A stretch of 45,172 bases of DNA from a virus: IMG/VR virus record IMGVR_UViG_3300029220_000012; one strand, written 5' to 3'. Positions 22,547 to 32,589 of this stretch are shown in pieces. Made by a program: the position numbers and the translations under genes. Below the pieces are notes generated by a model. It did no database searches, was not told the origin of the DNA, and worked only from the letters and a program-made list of their open reading frames with translations. Within the stretch, counting starts at the first letter, position 1; each line of letters begins with the position of its first letter.

Positions 22547-23829
22547 GCAAGGCATATTTTGGCTCACGAATCTCCGACCACATCCTCAAAACGCCGGAGG
22601 GCTTCTTGATCTGTAAGGATGTTCCGATTGCTCGTACCGGTACGCAGCAGTATAGAGGCTGCGAGTTTGGCGGTCCGGTCGCTGATGGCATTTATAATGT
22701 CCAGCGCCCTGAAGCCGAAGTCTTTGACCGTGCTGCCGTGGCAAGCTTTGAGGGGAAGCCTGTATGCGATGAGCATCCGGAGGAAGATGTAACCCCTGAT
22801 AATTATGGGCGGTACATGAAAGGCGTGTGCCGTGATGTGCGTCGGGGCGATGGCGACTTGAGTAATTGCCTGGTCGCTGATTTAGTTATTTACGATGCTG
22901 ACCTTATCAATAAGATTGAGGCTGGCAAACGCGAGATATCTTGCGGCTATGACTGCTTGTGGAATCCGACGAGTGACTCCAGCTATGACCAGCTGGAAAT
23001 CCGCGGTAACCATGTAGCGGTTGTTGATAGAGGCAGGGCGGGGCACAAGGTGGCAATCCGTGACACTGCCGACGATAAAAAAGGAGGTACAAAAATGTCT
23101 AAATCTTTGATTGGACGTATCCTGCGAGCGTTGGCTCGCGACGAATCTACTACACCTGAGGACATGGAGGCTGCTGCAAAGCTTGCAGGTAGCTCTGACG
23201 CTGAGCCGCGTCCTCAGCCTGCACCAGCTCCTGCTCCTGCAGCTCCCGCAGCTCCTGCAACACCTGCACCTGCTGCTGTGCCGCAGCCTGAAAATAAACC
23301 TGCAGCAATGGATGAGGCTACTGAGGCGCGTTTCAAGAAAATTGAGGACGCGCTGGAAGCTATCAGCTCTAAGCTGAATCCTGCGCAGCCTGCTACTGAA
23401 CCTAAAAAGGATGCTCTGGACGCGCTGGAGGAAGAGCTCCAAAACAAAGCGCCTGCTGCTGAAACAGCTCCTGCCGGTGATGAGGACGATGTAATCGAGC
23501 CGCCTGAAGATATCAATGCTCAGGATGCAGCGCCGGAAGAAGATGTTGAGGGCGAGTGTGTTCCCAATGCTAAAGAAGCACGTGACGCTGCTATGGCTTT
23601 AATCAAAAATTTGAAGCCTGCAGTAGCAGCCATTCCAAATGAGGCACAGCGCAAACGTGCGGCCGACTCTCTGGCTATCCTCATCAAAGGCTCTATGCAG
23701 CAGGATGCTCAATATGGCGAGCTGATGCAGATGCGTCGTCGTAAAGCTGCACAAGACAGCAAGCCTGATGATTACGCTCTGGGACGTGAAATTGCAAAAA
23801 AATATAATCCCCATTATAAAAATCGCTAA
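22543..23829 (+). CDS. Scaffold-like head protein with Pro/Ala-rich linker
   Basis: Lies between the MuF-like and capsid genes. The N-domain resembles DUF2213-type proteins from memory. Linker PAPAPAPAAPAAPATPAPAA, acidic helical C-terminal half. Confidence 0.65.
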   Translation: MSKAYFGSRISDHILKTPEGFLICKDVPIARTGTQQYRGCEFGGPVADGIYNVQRPEAEVFDRAAVASFEGKPVCDEHPEEDVTPDNYGRYMKGVCRDVRRGDGDLSNCLVADLVIYDADLINKIEAGKREISCGYDCLWNPTSDSSYDQLEIRGNHVAVVDRGRAGHKVAIRDTADDKKGGTKMSKSLIGRILRALARDESTTPEDMEAAAKLAGSSDAEPRPQPAPAPAPAAPAAPATPAPAAVPQPENKPAAMDEATEARFKKIEDALEAISSKLNPAQPATEPKKDALDALEEELQNKAPAAETAPAGDEDDVIEPPEDINAQDAAPEEDVEGECVPNAKEARDAAMALIKNLKPAVAAIPNEAQRKRAADSLAILIKGSMQQDAQYGELMQMRRRKAAQDSKPDDYALGREIAKKYNPHYKNR

Positions 23830-23843
23830 GGAGGCAAAATAAT

Positions 23844-24359
23844 ATGAGTGGTAAAGCAATTGGTATCTCTATGAATTTTGGCTATCCCGGTAACTACGCC
23901 CGCACTCCGGACGATATCGTGGCCAGCCGTCTGTTAAACGAGGAAAGCGAAGCTATCCCATTCGGTGCTGCTGTCTGCATTAAAGACGATAATACTTACA
24001 CTGCCGTTGGTGCAGAAACTACCGCTGCTGATGTTGCTGGCATTGCGCTGCGTGTTGTTAAGCAGGCAGTGTCTTATGCAGAGCAAAATAAAACCGAGTA
24101 TCAGCCTGGTCAGTATATGTCTGTCCTGGAACGCGGCGCTGCTACTGTTGTATGTAATGTTGGCACTCCGAAAGCTAACGGTAAAGTTTATGTGCGCGTT
24201 AAAGCTAATACTTCTATTGCTAACGGCGTTGTTGGCGGCTTTGAAGCTGCAGCTGACAGCACTAACACAATTGAAATTCCGAATATGCGCTGGACTAGCG
24301 GCGCAATGGATGCGAATCGTGTCTGCGAAGTTACTCTGCTGACTCGTGCTTCTGCGTAA
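23844..24359 (+). CDS. Capsid-associated protein (decoration/cement-like)
   Basis: 171 aa between the scaffold and major capsid genes. AAGGAGG RBS. Confidence 0.5.
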   Translation: MSGKAIGISMNFGYPGNYARTPDDIVASRLLNEESEAIPFGAAVCIKDDNTYTAVGAETTAADVAGIALRVVKQAVSYAEQNKTEYQPGQYMSVLERGAATVVCNVGTPKANGKVYVRVKANTSIANGVVGGFEAAADSTNTIEIPNMRWTSGAMDANRVCEVTLLTRASA

Positions 24360-24379
24360 TATAAGGAGGTATAAATAAT

Positions 24380-25429
24380 ATGGCAACTGGAAAATTTGGC
24401 TTTTATAGCCCGGACGCTGGTATGCGTAATCTGGGTAATTTTGCCATGCAGAATGGTGGTCGTAAAAGATTCCGCGGCTCTGCATGGGATGCTGCTGCCA
24501 GCTCTGGCATGGCGTATATTACAGGCGAACTTGAAAAGGTTGATCCTAAGCTGCGCGAACCACTGACCAGCGTAACCTGGCAGCGCGATATTGTCGCCAA
24601 GACTGGCGGCGGCTGGGTAGAATTCACTTCTACTTTTGATGTTGACTATGCTACTTCTGGCGCAAACGCTAACAGTATCACTGCTCCCGGTGCTACTACA
24701 ATCCCTGTAATGCAGGTCAACACCAGCAAGAACATGTTCAAGGTATCCACCTGGATGCACGCTATGCAGGTACCGTTTATTGACCAGGCGAAGATGAAGC
24801 AAATTGGCCGTAATCTGGAAGATTTGCTGGATAAGGGCGTTAAACTCAACTACAACAAAACTCTTGACCTCAATGTCTACAACGGCTTCAAAGAGGCAGG
24901 TACTACTGGCTTGCTGAATGACCCGAATGTTGTTACCTACACTGTGGGTAATGGTGCAAATGGCACTCCCGCATGGAACACTAAAACCGCGGATGAGATC
25001 CTGCACGACATCAATAATGCGCTGGTTGATGCATGGGCTGCGTCTGAATACGACATGAAGGGCATGCCGAATCATATCCTGATTCCGCCGAAGCAGTATG
25101 CTTACATCACCATGCAGAAGGTTTCCGACGCTGGCAACATCTCCATTATGGAGTATCTGATGCAGAACAATATTGCTAAAGAGCAGGGCGGCTCTATCAC
25201 CATTGAGCCTTGCCGTTGGTGCATCAAGGCCGGCACCGGTCAAAAAGACCTTATGATGGTTTATGTCAACGACGAGGACATGGTTAACTTCGACTTGACT
25301 GTGCCTATCACTCGCGCGTATACTCAACCGTCTGTTGAGCGTGCCGCTATCCTGACTTTGTTTGCAGCGCAAATCGGCCAGGTTAAATTCATGTATTACC
25401 AAGCTGTCGCATACCACATCGGTATCTGA
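24380..25429 (+). CDS. Major capsid protein
   Basis: 349 aa. AAGGAGG RBS, strong terminator after the stop, position in the head module. Confidence 0.8.
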   Translation: MATGKFGFYSPDAGMRNLGNFAMQNGGRKRFRGSAWDAAASSGMAYITGELEKVDPKLREPLTSVTWQRDIVAKTGGGWVEFTSTFDVDYATSGANANSITAPGATTIPVMQVNTSKNMFKVSTWMHAMQVPFIDQAKMKQIGRNLEDLLDKGVKLNYNKTLDLNVYNGFKEAGTTGLLNDPNVVTYTVGNGANGTPAWNTKTADEILHDINNALVDAWAASEYDMKGMPNHILIPPKQYAYITMQKVSDAGNISIMEYLMQNNIAKEQGGSITIEPCRWCIKAGTGQKDLMMVYVNDEDMVNFDLTVPITRAYTQPSVERAAILTLFAAQIGQVKFMYYQAVAYHIGI

Positions 25430-25443
25430 TTAGGCAATATTCT

Positions 25444-25473
25444 AGCCAGGCGTTTATCGTCTGGCTTTTTTTT
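25444..25473 (+). terminator. Intrinsic terminator after the capsid gene
   Basis: Stem AGCCAGGCG/CGTCTGGCT with a 5-nt loop, then T8. Confidence 0.8.
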
Positions 25474-25487
25474 GAGGAGGACAATCA

Positions 25488-25739
25488 ATGGTTATTTTAA
25501 CTAAAAAACGCTTTGGCTTTGTGAAGCAGGACGGTACTGAACGCATTGATGCGGAACGCTTTTTGACTAAGGGCGGAATGGAAATTGAGGATGCTCCCGA
25601 TTGGATTGCAACTGATCCGCTGTATGCGCTGGCTGTTGAGTCTGGCGACCTTGTGCCGGTCAATGGTAAAACTCCGAAGGCTGAGGCAGAAGCTGTTGCC
25701 AAAGCTAAGCAAAGCAAAGCGGAGGATAAAAGCGAATAA
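25488..25739 (+). CDS. Hypothetical 83-aa protein
   Basis: GAGGAGG RBS. Lys/Ala/Glu-rich tail. Confidence 0.65.
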   Translation: MVILTKKRFGFVKQDGTERIDAERFLTKGGMEIEDAPDWIATDPLYALAVESGDLVPVNGKTPKAEAEAVAKAKQSKAEDKSE

Positions 25740-25750
25740 GGAGGTGCATT

Positions 25751-26206
25751 ATGTACCATCCGCTGATTGCTCAGGCGAGCAATATCAAAACGCAGGAGAA
25801 TCCTTCCTACACCAAGGAGGACTTCCTGGCATTCTATCCACAGTTTGCTGAGCCGCTGCCGGAAATAGTGCTGGACAGCTTTGTAGAGCTTGGTCAGGCG
25901 TGTGTAAGCGAGCAGCGTTATGGCAAGATGTGGCGGATGGCCATCGGGCTGTTCATCGCCCATATGTGCACTCTTTACATGCAGTCTGCTGCAGACCTGG
26001 GGGCACCTGCTGCAGATATCCTTGCCGCAGCTCAGGCCGCTGGTGTTGTTACGAGTGAGTCTGCTGATGGCGTGTCCTACAGTATGGATACATCAGCCCT
26101 GTCACAGGACCTTGCAGGTTGGGCGGCGTTCCGGTTGACTGCGTTTGGCGTGCAGTTTGCCACTCTGGCGCGCTTTGCTGGCAAGGGAGGCATGTATGTA
26201 TGGTAA
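25751..26206 (+). CDS. Head-tail connector/adaptor (DUF4054-like from memory)
   Basis: AAGGAGG RBS. Position after the capsid gene. Confidence 0.55.
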   Translation: MYHPLIAQASNIKTQENPSYTKEDFLAFYPQFAEPLPEIVLDSFVELGQACVSEQRYGKMWRMAIGLFIAHMCTLYMQSAADLGAPAADILAAAQAAGVVTSESADGVSYSMDTSALSQDLAGWAAFRLTAFGVQFATLARFAGKGGMYVW

Positions 26207-26796
26207 GTGTAAAAACTTCCCACATGACGGTCAGCGGCGGCCTACAGGGGCTTATGGACAGAGTACAAGCTTTGAACCGTGTTAATAAGCTCTATGTGGG
26301 TATCCCGCAGGAGAAAACATCTCGTGGCGATGAGCCTATAAATAATGCGAGCCTGCTGTACATCCATACTCATGGCATCCGGCGTAAGTCCATGCGTGAG
26401 GAAATGCAGGGCTATATGGATCAGGGCATGGAGTACAGCCTGGCTTATCAGTTGTATGTCCAAACACATGGCTCGCCGCTCTGGCACGCTCCACCGCGTC
26501 CTGTAATTGAACCGGCCATTGCCAAGCATCACCGTGAGATTGCAGAAGAATATGCTAAGGCTGTAAAGGCTGCTATGACTGGCGATGGAAGCAGGGCTGA
26601 TGCTTTTATCAAACGCACAGGCCTGCTGGCGCAGAATTATTGCCGCAAATGGTTCACGGGTGCGGAGAATGGCTGGCCGCCAAACTCTCCAAAAACCGTA
26701 GAGATGAAGACTAAAGGCAAGGGCGGCAAAACCAATCCGCTTATTGATACCGGTGCCTTGCGTAAGGCTATTGTTTATGTGGTAAGGAGTGATTGA
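26200..26796 (+). CDS. Head-tail joining / virion protein
   Basis: ATG 26200 lies 9 nt after GGGAGG and overlaps the upstream stop, so the track start at 26119 is rejected. Confidence 0.6.
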   Translation: MVSVKTSHMTVSGGLQGLMDRVQALNRVNKLYVGIPQEKTSRGDEPINNASLLYIHTHGIRRKSMREEMQGYMDQGMEYSLAYQLYVQTHGSPLWHAPPRPVIEPAIAKHHREIAEEYAKAVKAAMTGDGSRADAFIKRTGLLAQNYCRKWFTGAENGWPPNSPKTVEMKTKGKGGKTNPLIDTGALRKAIVYVVRSD

Positions 26797-26797
26797 C

Positions 26798-27169
26798 GTG
26801 GTTAATGTTGGCAGAGTGGTGCGTAGCAAGCGTTTAGGCTGCCAGCGCATTACTGTCAAACGCTACGCTGCGAGCTGGCACGATGGAGCTTATGGCCGAG
26901 ATGAAGACAATCCTATTGTGCTGCAGGTGGCGGCGATTGTTACAGTTGCTCAGCCTAAAGATTTGCAGTTATTGCCCGAAGGTGACCGCATCACCGGGGC
27001 AATGAAGTTTTTGACGAATGTTGAGCTGCACGCGACCAATGGCGAAGCTATCAGCGATGAGCTGGAATGGCGCGGAGCACGTTACAAAATCCTCACCGTT
27101 ACCCCTGATATTGATTATGGCTTTTACCGCTCTATTGGGACGCGATTGGACGGTGATGGAGTTGGTTAA
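26798..27169 (+). CDS. Virion (neck/tail completion) protein
   Basis: GTG 26798 lies 8 nt after AAGGAG. GTG 26789 is too close to the RBS. Confidence 0.55.
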   Translation: MVNVGRVVRSKRLGCQRITVKRYAASWHDGAYGRDEDNPIVLQVAAIVTVAQPKDLQLLPEGDRITGAMKFLTNVELHATNGEAISDELEWRGARYKILTVTPDIDYGFYRSIGTRLDGDGVG

Positions 27170-27740
27170 AAATATTGCTGAATTTGAATCTTTAATGTGG
27201 GCAGAGCTGATGGACATCCTCGGGTATGATGTTAAGCAACTACCGCCGCCTGTACGCCGCTCCTGGCCAACGGACGGAGGCCCCGACTGGAAGCTTACAG
27301 ACAACGTGGTCTTTATGCAGTGCACCGAGGCAGCAGAGGACATCATGCAGCCGATTGATGAGCGTTGGCAGTCTGAAGGACGTGATTTTTTGCGTGAGAG
27401 TGCAAGCACACGTACCATCCAGCTACGCCTGAATGCTTACGGTCCTGCCTGCTATGAATCGCTGCTTAAGCTACGCCTTGAGCTGCTGCTTGGCCGACCG
27501 AAGCTCAAAAAACAAAAAATTTATATTATTCCCGGCAAGGATTCCATCCAATATGCGCCTGAACTGTTCCAAGGGCGATGGTGGAAGCGTGCCGATTTGA
27601 CTTTATATTTTAATGTACTAATCAGCGTTGAATCTATCGTGAAAGCGATTGAAGAAGTCAACGTTACGATTAAAGCAAACGAGCCTGGTACGAGTGATGT
27701 TATCCTTGAGCCAGGTGAAATTATTATTAAGAAAGGGTGA
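27156..27740 (+). CDS. Virion (tail completion/terminator) protein
   Basis: ATG 27156 overlaps the upstream 3' end, so the track start at 27018 is rejected. Confidence 0.55.
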   Translation: MELVKNIAEFESLMWAELMDILGYDVKQLPPPVRRSWPTDGGPDWKLTDNVVFMQCTEAAEDIMQPIDERWQSEGRDFLRESASTRTIQLRLNAYGPACYESLLKLRLELLLGRPKLKKQKIYIIPGKDSIQYAPELFQGRWWKRADLTLYFNVLISVESIVKAIEEVNVTIKANEPGTSDVILEPGEIIIKKG

Positions 27741-27745
27741 TTTAG

Positions 27746-28888
27746 TTGGCTTATAAATTGGACTTATCTCCGATTGTCGACGTGGTTATCAACCTGTCTG
27801 CTAAGGCTGCTGCTCGTAAGGGCTTTAACCTTGGCCTGATTATTGGCAAGTCTGAGGTTATTCCGGCGAATGAAAGGGTACGTATTTATACAAGCGCTGC
27901 TCAAATGCTGACTGACGGGTTTGTGGAAACGTCTGCAGAATATAAGGCTGCTCAGCTTTATTTTGCTGCTACGACCAGCCCTCGTAAGCTGGCGGTGGGT
28001 GTAAAGCTGGTAGAAGACGAGAATTTAACTGCTACGCTGGAGGCTTGCCGTGCTGCTAACTCTCAGTGGTGGCCGTTTACTTATCTGGGTGCAGAAGATG
28101 TTGATATCAAAGACTGTGCAGCTTGGTGCGAGAGCGCTGTACCTGACAGCATCTACATGTATACGACTGCTGATAAAAGCGTACTGGATGCGTCTGGTGA
28201 TGCAAAGAGCATTTTTAAGGCTTTGCAGGATAAAAACTATCGTCGCAGCTTTGGTCAGTATTGTGGTGACGCGGATACTCCCGATGCTGTTGCAGCTACT
28301 ATGGGCTACGCGATGGGCGCTAACCGTGGTCTTGCCGGTGATGCGTTTACGCTGGCGTATAAAACTCTGCCCGGCGTAAAAACAGACGACCTGTCTGAAT
28401 CTCAGGTAACCCATGTGTGTGGTAGCTCTGAATCTACAGGCCATAACGGTAACGTATATATTACCCGTGGCGAGGAATACGATGTTTTGCAGCAGGGCTA
28501 TATGGCTGATGGCACGAGCTTTGATGAAGTGCTGTATCTTGATATGCTGCGTAATGACATTACTCTTAATGTCATGGACCTGCTGTATCAGCGCCGCAAA
28601 TTGCCGCAGACTGAAGCTGGCGTTACCAGCATTATTAATGTTATCAATGATGCTTGCCGTAAGTATGTAAAGTTAGGCTTTATCGCTCCGGGCAAGTGGA
28701 ACGGTGCCGAGTGCCTAAATCTGCAGACAGGTGATTACCTGCCTGATGGCTATCTGGTGCAGAGCGAGCCTATTGACGAACAGTCTCAGGCTGACCGTGA
28801 CAAGCGCAAGGCTCCACCGATTTATGTATGTTGCAAGCTGGCTGGTGCAATCGAATTTGTTACCATCCAGGTTAATGTTAACCGCTGA
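27746..28888 (+). CDS. Tail sheath-like protein
   Basis: 380 aa directly upstream of the tube, chaperone and tape-measure genes. Resembles DUF3383-type sheath proteins from memory. TTG start. Confidence 0.6.
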   Translation: MAYKLDLSPIVDVVINLSAKAAARKGFNLGLIIGKSEVIPANERVRIYTSAAQMLTDGFVETSAEYKAAQLYFAATTSPRKLAVGVKLVEDENLTATLEACRAANSQWWPFTYLGAEDVDIKDCAAWCESAVPDSIYMYTTADKSVLDASGDAKSIFKALQDKNYRRSFGQYCGDADTPDAVAATMGYAMGANRGLAGDAFTLAYKTLPGVKTDDLSESQVTHVCGSSESTGHNGNVYITRGEEYDVLQQGYMADGTSFDEVLYLDMLRNDITLNVMDLLYQRRKLPQTEAGVTSIINVINDACRKYVKLGFIAPGKWNGAECLNLQTGDYLPDGYLVQSEPIDEQSQADRDKRKAPPIYVCCKLAGAIEFVTIQVNVNR

Positions 28889-28901
28889 GGAGGCTATCTG
28901 A

Positions 28902-29339
28902 ATGGAATTAACTACTTACAGTTTTGCTGATCTGGCTGGCTCTATTAACCATCCGACGTTTGGCTCTTACCTGTTTGATGGTACTGGCGTTGGTTCTGTA
29001 ACTGTTGCTAAAGCCACCGACCGCACTGCTCATGACATCGCCTCTGACGGTTCTGTCATGGTGTCTAAGATTGCGGGCAATAATGGCACCGTAACCATAG
29101 AATGTCAACAGACCTCTGCTATCCATAAATGGCTGAGCGCCTGGTTTAACGCGCTGTGGCAACTACCGACAAGCGAATGGGCAAGCACCAGTATGACGCT
29201 GCGTAATACCGCGACAGGTACACGCCATATTATCTCCGGCATCTCGCCGCAGAAGGAGCCGGACACTCCCTATCAGAGCCAAGGCCAGCGAGTGTCTTGG
29301 ACGCTGATGTGTGCTGAGATTACTAATCTGCCGATTTGA
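28902..29339 (+). CDS. Tail tube protein
   Basis: 145 aa between the sheath-like and chaperone genes. GAGGAGG RBS. Confidence 0.6.
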   Translation: MELTTYSFADLAGSINHPTFGSYLFDGTGVGSVTVAKATDRTAHDIASDGSVMVSKIAGNNGTVTIECQQTSAIHKWLSAWFNALWQLPTSEWASTSMTLRNTATGTRHIISGISPQKEPDTPYQSQGQRVSWTLMCAEITNLPI

Positions 29340-29356
29340 CGATGGAGGTCTGAATC

Positions 29357-29776
29357 ATGCTTAAACAAAAAACACAAGTTGTGGAGGTGGCTGGTAAATC
29401 CTACCAGCTCACTAAGATGGATGCTCGCACAGGTAGCTATGTCGCTTTTAAAGTTGCGGGCGTGCTGGCGCCGTCTGGAGGCAAAACAGCCGAGATGGCT
29501 GCTGCTCTCATGGGTATGCCACGTAAGGATTTTGATGAGCTGCAATCCCTGCTGCTGCGCACTGTTAATCGTTTGATTGATAACGGTAATGGCCAGCAGT
29601 TGCCCGAACCTGTCTTGACGGCTAAGGGAGATTTTGTTGATGATGCTCTGGCGTATGATGCTGCCAGCGTTATCCAGCTGACTGTTCATGCGCTGATTTT
29701 TAACGTCGGAGGTTTTTTCGCCGCAGCCGGGTTGAATCTCCCGGCAGAATTGACGGGACAACCTACGAGCCGATGA
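29357..29776 (+). CDS. Tail assembly chaperone (G-like)
   Basis: Position before the tape measure. Contains the slippery TTTTTTC at 29713-29719. Confidence 0.7.
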   Translation: MLKQKTQVVEVAGKSYQLTKMDARTGSYVAFKVAGVLAPSGGKTAEMAAALMGMPRKDFDELQSLLLRTVNRLIDNGNGQQLPEPVLTAKGDFVDDALAYDAASVIQLTVHALIFNVGGFFAAAGLNLPAELTGQPTSR

Positions 29777-29949
29777 GTTATCCGACGCTTGATGCTTTCG
29801 CCTTTGCTCCTGTTGTTGCAGGGCTTTGGCGGCAGCACGAGCTGAGTGATGGCACGTATGATTTTGATGATTTGCTGGACGCTCACGAACTGTTGGCGGT
29901 CAAGGCAGAAAATGCACGGCGGATGCAGGACGCCATGAGAAAGGAGTAG
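29357..29949 (+). CDS. Tail assembly chaperone -1 frameshift fusion (GT-like), or separate 58-aa ORF 29773..29949
   Basis: The -1 frame is open from 29719 into the ORF starting ATG 29773 (ATGA overlap) and ending TAG 29947-29949. Confidence 0.55.
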
Positions 29950-29953
29950 GCTG

Positions 29954-31906
29954 ATGAGCAATATCTTAGAAGAATATCTTGTCCGCATCGGTGCAGAAGT
30001 CGACAAGGATGCCTTTGCCGGTGCTGCGAAAGCTATCAATAATCTATCCGGTATGCTCGGGAAATTAGGCTCTATCCTTAAATATGGCGCTATCTTTGCA
30101 GGGCTGGCAAAAGTTACGGAAGCTGTCATTGATAACATTAAGGCTGTGGCCAGCGCTGATTTAGAATACCAGAAGCTGGCGCAGTCCATGTGGGTGACAA
30201 AGGACACAGCTAAAACCTTGAGTGTGGTCCTGAAAACCATGGGCGCGTCACAGGAAGATGTGGCGTGGGTGCCGGAGCTGCGTGAGCAGTTTTTCCGCCT
30301 GCGTCAAGAGATGGCAGAGCTGTCTACTCCTGCAGATGCTGACGGACAATTAGCTTGGATCCGTGAGATTGGTTATGACGTGCAAAGTCTGCAGCTCAAA
30401 TTAAAAATGTTTAAGGAATGGGTGGTCTATTACCTTATCAAAGAGCTGCAGCCCTACATCAAAGAATTTCAGGAATTTATCCGCTGGCTCAATGATAAAT
30501 TTGGCAAGAGCTTGCCTGCGCTGGCACGTAAGGTAGCCAGCGTGCTGGCGAGTGTTGTGCGTGTAGCAATGTCGCTGGTTAAGGCTCTCAAATGGGTATT
30601 TGAAGGCATTTATAATTTTATTGACGCGCTGCCAAGTAAAACAAAGGCTTTAGTAGCTGTATTTGCCGTTGTCGGTGCTGCCATCATGGCAGGGCCGTTT
30701 GGCCTGATGATGATGGCCATCGGCACTGCACTCATCATGCTGGAGGACTTCTTTGGTTATCTTGAGGGGCGCGAGAGTAGCAATACCTTAAAGCCGCTCT
30801 GGAAATGGCTTACTGATGAGAACAATCCGCTGCGTCGTCTTATTGAGAAGCTTAAGGAAGGCATTGCCTTTATCCTTGAGAAGCTTACGGAGCTGTTTGA
30901 GAAAGTCTTTACCGAAGAACGTCAGGAGAAGCTCAAAAAGACGGTAGCTAATATTGCTAAGGGCGTTGCTGAAATTGCCGAAGGTCTGGCCACGATTGTT
31001 GAGAGTATTTTTGGCAAAAAGTATCCTGTTGTGAAGAAATTCTGGGACTTCTTCCTGACAGCCGTTGGTAAGGTTGTAGATAAGGTGCTCACATTGACAA
31101 ATAGTATGGGACATCTTATGCGTGCTTTGGGTAAGGCTATGCAGGGCGATTTTAAGGGAGCGCGTGAGGAATTCATCAATGCGGCCGCTGATGAAAATGC
31201 AACAGGCGAGCGGTCTAAATATATCCAGCAAAAGCTTATGTCGATGGGCTTTACTGCTTCTGCCGCCGCTGGCGTTGTAGGAAACCTTGTCCAGGAATCT
31301 GGCTTGCGCACGGATGCTATCGGTGATAATGGCACATCCGGTGGTTTGGCTCAATGGCACAATGAACGCTTAGATGCTCTTAAGCGTTTTGCTGCTGCGC
31401 GTGGTAAAAAGTGGACTGACCTTGACACGCAGATTGAATTTTTGGCAGAAGAAATGCGCACGTCCTACGCTGATACTTACGCTAAAATGCAAAGCGCTGA
31501 ATTGCCGGAGATAGCTGGCCAGATTATGACGGACGAATATGAAAAGCCTGATTCAGCGTCTGCTAATTATGCTCAACGTCAAGCTAATGCTCGTGCTGCC
31601 TATGAAGCTATGCGGTCTGGCAATAAACAAGCGGATGATTATCACGGCGGCGGTGGAGGCGGGTATGACAGCCTTGTGGCTCCTACGAGCTATGCTGCAG
31701 GTTTTGCTGCAGGTGGTACTGCCGGTCTTATGCCAATGGCGAACAGTACGGCAAATTATAACGGTGGAGTTGTAAATGTTGGCGGTATTGTGGTTAATTG
31801 TGGGAACGTAAGCGATCCGCAGGGCGTGGCTAAGGCTGTGGAAGGAACAATGGAAGATTTTGCCCAGCGTCTTGCAGCGCATAACGGAGGGACGGTGTTT
31901 GTATGA
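29954..31906 (+). CDS. Tape measure protein with C-terminal lysozyme-like domain
   Basis: 650 aa, helical and hydrophobic segments. QESGLRTDAIGDNGTSGGLAQWHNERL glycosidase-like motif. Confidence 0.85.
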   Translation: MSNILEEYLVRIGAEVDKDAFAGAAKAINNLSGMLGKLGSILKYGAIFAGLAKVTEAVIDNIKAVASADLEYQKLAQSMWVTKDTAKTLSVVLKTMGASQEDVAWVPELREQFFRLRQEMAELSTPADADGQLAWIREIGYDVQSLQLKLKMFKEWVVYYLIKELQPYIKEFQEFIRWLNDKFGKSLPALARKVASVLASVVRVAMSLVKALKWVFEGIYNFIDALPSKTKALVAVFAVVGAAIMAGPFGLMMMAIGTALIMLEDFFGYLEGRESSNTLKPLWKWLTDENNPLRRLIEKLKEGIAFILEKLTELFEKVFTEERQEKLKKTVANIAKGVAEIAEGLATIVESIFGKKYPVVKKFWDFFLTAVGKVVDKVLTLTNSMGHLMRALGKAMQGDFKGAREEFINAAADENATGERSKYIQQKLMSMGFTASAAAGVVGNLVQESGLRTDAIGDNGTSGGLAQWHNERLDALKRFAAARGKKWTDLDTQIEFLAEEMRTSYADTYAKMQSAELPEIAGQIMTDEYEKPDSASANYAQRQANARAAYEAMRSGNKQADDYHGGGGGGYDSLVAPTSYAAGFAAGGTAGLMPMANSTANYNGGVVNVGGIVVNCGNVSDPQGVAKAVEGTMEDFAQRLAAHNGGTVFV

Positions 31907-32589
31907 GCTTAATGGGTACAATGAACACTTTAAATGGTATCTGGGGCGCTAATAATCTGGTTGCTAAGCTCACGGGCAATAAATCATTTAAGACTAATGA
32001 TGGTTATAGTCCATCTGTTTGGGGCAGTGGCCTAGGAGCACAACAGGTGCTTATGGTCAAAACGAACATTGGCGGCTATTTTTTTGATGCTGTTTTTAGC
32101 GTTGATACTGAACATAGCCTGACGGTTACCCAGCATCCTGTGCAGACTGGCGCAAATATCAGCGACCATGCTTTTGTAAATCCTATCCGTATGACGATGC
32201 AGATTGGCGTATCTGATGCCATGGCTTATCGTACTGGTGCTGATTATGGTGGTGATGGCGGCACAAAATCTGTACAGGCCTATCGCTTACTCTGCAAGCT
32301 GCAGGAACTGCGTATACCCATGCAGGTTGTTACACGTCTGAACACGTACCAGAATATGCTTATTGAGAGCATTGATGTGAGCGATGATGTGTCGACGCTA
32401 TGCGCGCTCAAAGCTACTGTGAATCTTGTGCAGGTGCTGGTGGTTAATGTTGGAACCGAAAAGGTTTCCGCGCGTCAGTGGACTACAGGTGCACAGCGCA
32501 AATCGCAGGAAGTGCAGCCTAAAGGCGACAACAGTACGATTTTGCGCAAAGTAGAAAAGGGCACAGGTCTGGAGGTGAAGTGGGGATGA
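31903..32589 (+). CDS. Tail/baseplate protein
   Basis: ATGA-type overlap with the tape measure gene. Position only. Confidence 0.55.
   Translation: MSLMGTMNTLNGIWGANNLVAKLTGNKSFKTNDGYSPSVWGSGLGAQQVLMVKTNIGGYFFDAVFSVDTEHSLTVTQHPVQTGANISDHAFVNPIRMTMQIGVSDAMAYRTGADYGGDGGTKSVQAYRLLCKLQELRIPMQVVTRLNTYQNMLIESIDVSDDVSTLCALKATVNLVQVLVVNVGTEKVSARQWTTGAQRKSQEVQPKGDNSTILRKVEKGTGLEVKWG

Noticed and set aside
23200-23300. Tandem CCTGC(A/T)-rich DNA repeat in the scaffold-like gene
   Set aside because: It encodes an in-frame Pro/Ala linker (PAPAPAPAAPAAPATPAPAA). This is ordinary low-complexity coding sequence, not a regulatory or mobile repeat.
24188-25417. 409-aa minus-strand ORF, the longest antisense ORF in the track
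   Set aside because: It lies entirely antisense to the major capsid gene (24380..25429 +), which has an AAGGAGG RBS, a terminator and the expected module position. The antisense product is Ser/Arg/His-rich with no signals. This is a shadow ORF.
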